Origin: Squalus acanthias
Taxonomy: Eukaryota
Direction of reading: 5' to 3'
DNA: 64,000 nucleotides
NCBI GenBank assembly: GCA_030390025.1
Contig: CM059433.1
Span: forward strand, 8,000,001-8,064,000
Shown one piece after another: positions 59,885-64,000 of this stretch (its first letter is position 1; every line of letters begins with the position of its first letter). The translations under genes were made by a program, and so were the position numbers. The notes beneath the pieces are model-generated. The model saw nothing but the letters and a program-made list of their open reading frames with translations, was not told the origin of the DNA and searched no databases.

Positions 59885-60610
59885 GACCGTGAAAGGGGGT
59901 CGACCGGGAGAGGGGGCAATTGGAAGGGGGGCGACTGGGAGAGGGTGGTGATCAGAAGGGGGGCGACCGGGAGAGGGGGCAATCGGAAGGGGGGCGACTG
60001 GGAGAGGGGGGGGCGACTGGGAAAGGGTGGTGATCGGAAGGGGGGGCGACCGGGAGAGGGGGCAATCGGAAGGGGGCGACTGGGAGAGGGCGCAATCGGA
60101 AGGGGGGCGATTGGGAGAGGGGGCAATCAGAAGGGGGGCGACTGGGAGAGGGGGCAATCGGAAGGGGGGGCGACTGGGAGAGGGCACAATCGGAAGGGGG
60201 GGCGACTGGGAGAGGGGGCAATCGGAAGGGGGGCGACTGGGAGAGGATGGTGATCGGAAGGGGGGTGACCAGGAGAGGGGGCAATCGGAAGGGGGTCGAC
60301 CAGGAGAGGGGGCAATCGGAAGGGGGGCGACTGGGAGAGGGTGGTGATCGGAAGGGGGGTGACCAGGAGAGGGGGCAATCGGCAGGGGGGCGACTGGGAA
60401 AGGGTGGTGATTGGAAGGGGGGCGACTGGGAGAGGGGGCAATCGGAAGGGGGGCGACTGGGAGAGGGGGCAATCGGAAGGGGGGCGACTGGGAGAGGGTG
60501 GTGATCGGAAGGGGGGTGACCAGGAGAGGGGGCAATCGGCAGGGGGTCGACCGGGAGAGGGGGCAATCGGAAGGGGGGCGACTGGGAGAGGGTGGTGATC
60601 GGAAGGGGAT
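59885..60610. repeat. G-rich minisatellite (about 29-30 bp unit, roughly 24 copies) inside a probable MITE (about 59657-60910)
   Basis: Unit GGGGCAATCGGAAGGGGGGCGACTGGGAGA with variants GTGGTGATC and GTGACCAGG. Confidence 0.92.
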
Positions 60611-61254
60611 GATTGGGAGTTGTAGTGGCAATCGGAGGGAGAGTGGCAATGGTGATTGGGGGAGGGGCTGAGGTCACAATGAGACGGGTCAAGGTCGCGA
60701 TCAGAGAGGGGGGCGAGTGGTGGCCGGCCGTTTTAATGTGTGGTCTTAATGTGGAGTTGAACAAACTTGCCTTTTTGGCGCTGGCCTGTAGCGGTCCCTG
60801 TTAGGCCTCATGTGGGACTGATTTTCCTGAATGCAGTCGGTGTTGGCACTGGCTGCCTCAAGGCAAACCGATATTGCAAAGGGGGCCTCAAACGGGCGTT
60901 GGGCCCCTTATTTGCATACCTATATCAAAAACCGTTTGTCTTTTCTGTGAACAAATGGACAATGAATCACAACCGTGACAAGGATCATCAGTATTCCTGT
61001 GTCTCATTCCTGAATTAATTTTTTTTTTTAAATCCCCTTCAAGGAAGAGACAGAGGAGTACTTGATCCAGGAAGTTTTTTCAGGGTTTCCTTCAACTGAC
61101 AGTATGTTATTTGTGCTGTGGCAGATGTAATTTGACAGATCGCTGTGAAGTGTTACGATTTAAATTTTTTTACAAAACCATTTCTCTCTCAACTGTTTCA
61201 AAAGCTGCCTCTGTAAGTGGGCCTTGTCCGTAATAATTCAGAAGCTGGACCTTT

Positions 61255-61512
61255 TTTAAAATTCGTTTATGGGATGTGGGCATCGCTGGCAAGGCCGGCA
61301 TTTATTGCCCATCCCTAATTGCCCCTTGAGAAGGTGGTGGTGAGCCGCCTTCTTGAACCGCTGCAGTCCGTGTGGTGAAGGTGCTCCCACAGTGCTGTTA
61401 GGGAGGGAGTTCCAGGATTTTGACCCAGCGACGATGAAGGATCGGCCGATATATTTCCAAGCCAGGATGATGTGTGTGACTTGGAGGGGGAACTTGGAGG
61501 TGGTGGTGTTCC
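61255..61512 (-). mobile_element. Non-LTR retrotransposon 3' end (family of 21352)
   Basis: Reverse complement of 59030-59280. Confidence 0.85.
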
Positions 61513-62432
61513 TATTCAGTAACCTACCCCAGCAGAGTTACTTAACTCATAAAGTGAACAATTAGCCTAGTAATCTGTGTCCTAGATTAAACGCAGCTTT
61601 ATGCCACGCTCGCACGTTCACATTGACAGAGATCTGAATCGCAAAAGGCTGGCGAACACTGGCAGTGCAATGGCCCTTAGTAAAGATGTTGTCTGAAGCA
61701 ATATTCTATTTCAAAAAAACAGAGTCTGCTTTACTGGCAAAGCATTTCTAATTGCTTTGCGCTTTCATACCGCTTTCGGGATTGTCTCTGTTTCAATTTA
61801 AGGTAAGCCCATGGGCGTACTGTCTGTCGAAACAGCATTCAAAACTGTTGTTCAGAAGTGATCAGCATTGATAGCAAAAGACTGATTTTAACTTGGGGTG
61901 GGAAGTTATCAGGAGCTGAAGTTAGCCATACCAAAGGATTGTGGTTTAGCAGAGGAGGTCCCAGCAACAATGGTTAGCGTCTCAACACCCACTCGGCACT
62001 GATGCATTCTTTCTCAGTTGCCACGGCAACAGCATGCGGCTCAGGGGATTTATCAGGATGTTCTTCTCCTCGGTCATTCACCTGATTATAGCACGGCTTC
62101 AATATCTGCAGCGGAGACGTCCAGCTGGACCATGAGCGTCCAGCGATGACCAGGGATGACTAAAACAGGGTCTAGCTACAGAGCTTCTTTTAAAAGCATC
62201 CACATAACTTGTCGACCTGGTTTGGGAGCTGTTTTCTGGTACAGACTCTCCACGGTGCAGCAATGGAGCTGTGGTTAGTAATGCAGTTCTGATAGCCTAA
62301 AGAACGCCCGTAACTGGTACTTTGACATTGGATGAGACCAGTGTGAGTTTGATTCATGTTCTTCCAATCAGGTTTCTGTTCTGTCCCCACCAACTTGGAG
62401 TTCAGGATGCAATGACTCAGGGGTACCATTAG

Positions 62433-62853
62433 TTATAGAGTCATAACGGCACAGAAGGAGGCCATTCGGCCCATCGAGTCCGTGCCGGCTCTCTGTAGAG
62501 CAATCCAGTCAGTCCCATTCCCCCGCTCTATCCCCGTAGCCCTGCAAGTTTATTTCCCTCAAGTGCCTATCCAGTCTCCCCTTGAAAACATTGAGTGTCT
62601 CCGCTTCCACCGCTTCCGTCGGCAGCGAATTCCAGGTCCTCACCGCTCGCTGCGTAAAAAAGTTTTTCCTCACATCCCCCCTGTATCTCTTGCCCAAAAC
62701 CTTAAATCTGTGTCCCTTAGTCCTTGTACCATCAACTAGTGGGAACAGCCTTTCCCCGTCTAGCCTATCCAAACCCGTCATAATCTTGTGCACCTCTATC
62801 AAATCACCCCTCAACCTCCTTTGCTCTAATGAAAACAAATCCAGCTTCTCAAA
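62433..62853 (-). mobile_element. CR1 LINE 3' fragment
   Basis: FSLEQRRLRGDLIEVHKIM...NFFTQRAVRTWNSLP. Confidence 0.9.
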
Positions 62854-62888
62854 CTTTGGCTTCGGCCTGCCCGTCGCCAAGCCTCTGA

Positions 62889-63139
62889 TCTTCACTCAGA
62901 GGGTTGTGAATCTTTGGAATTCTCTGCCCCCGAGGGCTGTGGATGCTGAGTCTTTGAGTATATTCAAGGCTGAGGTAGATAGATTTTTGGACTCTCGGGG
63001 AATCAAGGGATATGGAGATCGGGCGGGCAAGTGGATTTGAGGTAGAAGATCAGCCATGATCTTATTAAATGGCGGAGCAGGCTCAAGGGGCCGAATGGCC
63101 TACCCCAGCTCTTAATTCTTATGTACTTATGTTCTTATG
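62889..63139 (+). mobile_element. CR1 LINE 3' end
   Basis: FTQRVVNLWNSLP; (TTCTTATG)n tail. Confidence 0.88.
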
Positions 63140-63298
63140 ATCAGAGAACGGCTGGGGCAGGCCCACTTCTGCTGGGCACCCCTCAAAATGGGTACCCTGC
63201 TTGTGATACTTGGAAATGAGATGGAGGGTTAGAACACCACACCTCATCTACGTGGTAATACTTTCCTTGTACCTAACAAATACACATAAATCCATATA

Positions 63299-63731
63299 CA
63301 ACAACAACAACTTGTATTTATATAGCGCCTTTAACGTAGTAAAACGTCCCAAGGCGCTGCACAAGAGTATTTTAAGACAAAAAATTTGACACCAAGCCAC
63401 ATAAGGAGAAATTAGGGCAGGTGACCAAAAACTTGGTCAAAGAGGAAGATTTATAAGGAGCGTCTTAAAGGAAGAAAGAGAGGGAGCGAGGCGGAGAGGT
63501 TAAGACAGGGAATTCCAGAGCTTAGGGCCCAGGCAACAGAAGGCACGGCCACCAAAGGTTGAGCGATTATAATCAGGGATGCTCAAGAGGGCAGAATTAG
63601 AGGAGCGCAGATATTTTAGGGGGGTTGTGGGGCTGGAGGAGATTACAGAGATAGGGAGGGGCGAGGCCATGGAGGGATTTGAAAACAAGGATGAGAATTT
63701 TGAAATCGAGACACTGCTTAACCGGGAGCCC
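63299..63731 (-). mobile_element. L2 LINE 3' fragment
   Basis: Near-identical to 53799-54230. Confidence 0.9.
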
Positions 63732-64000
63732 ATATATGAGAACTTCATCAAAATATTTCCGGTCTGCTTAAGAGTGGCATCGTTCTGTGTGCTCTGCCTA
63801 CACATATGGAGGGAATCTTCATATCTGAAGAGGCTTTATAGCCTATTTTTTTTTAAATTTCCAGTTTTACAGTATGATTTTAGTACTGGTTTTTGTTATT
63901 AATTTTTTCTGGCACTTTTATGATCTAAAAATTATATATTTTGCCACAACAATAGGGTAATGCTCACGCAGAACCTTAAGCAGCTGCACACCGCCCTTTT

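Noticed and set aside
59764..60764. Long Pro-rich and Gly/Arg-rich ORFs
   Set aside because: By-products of the stop-poor G-rich minisatellite.

Overview
This is a repeat-dense, essentially non-genic vertebrate window. The repeat families (CR1, L2, RTE, DeuSINE/SacSINE1-type SINE, Penelope-like elements, many GC-rich Harbinger-type MITEs) point to a cartilaginous fish (shark) genome; that is an inference from family make-up only. I could not recognise any host protein-coding gene, rRNA, tRNA gene or CRISPR array. Four signals stand out. (1) A 3.27-kb non-autonomous Harbinger element (40009-43274, TIRs plus TAA TSD) carries an apparently intact three-exon Myb/SANT gene (about 502 aa), while its transposase is reduced to a fused N/C stub. 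A diverged relative at 18.8-20.6 kb has the same deletion junction. (2) Two Penelope-like families carry minimal type I hammerhead ribozyme motifs with covarying stems, and short copies and fold-backs begin or invert at the ribozyme. (3) There are several decayed Harbinger transposase and Myb fossils. (4) There are multi-layer nested insertions. All assignments were made by eye with no database search, and boundaries of decayed repeats are approximate.
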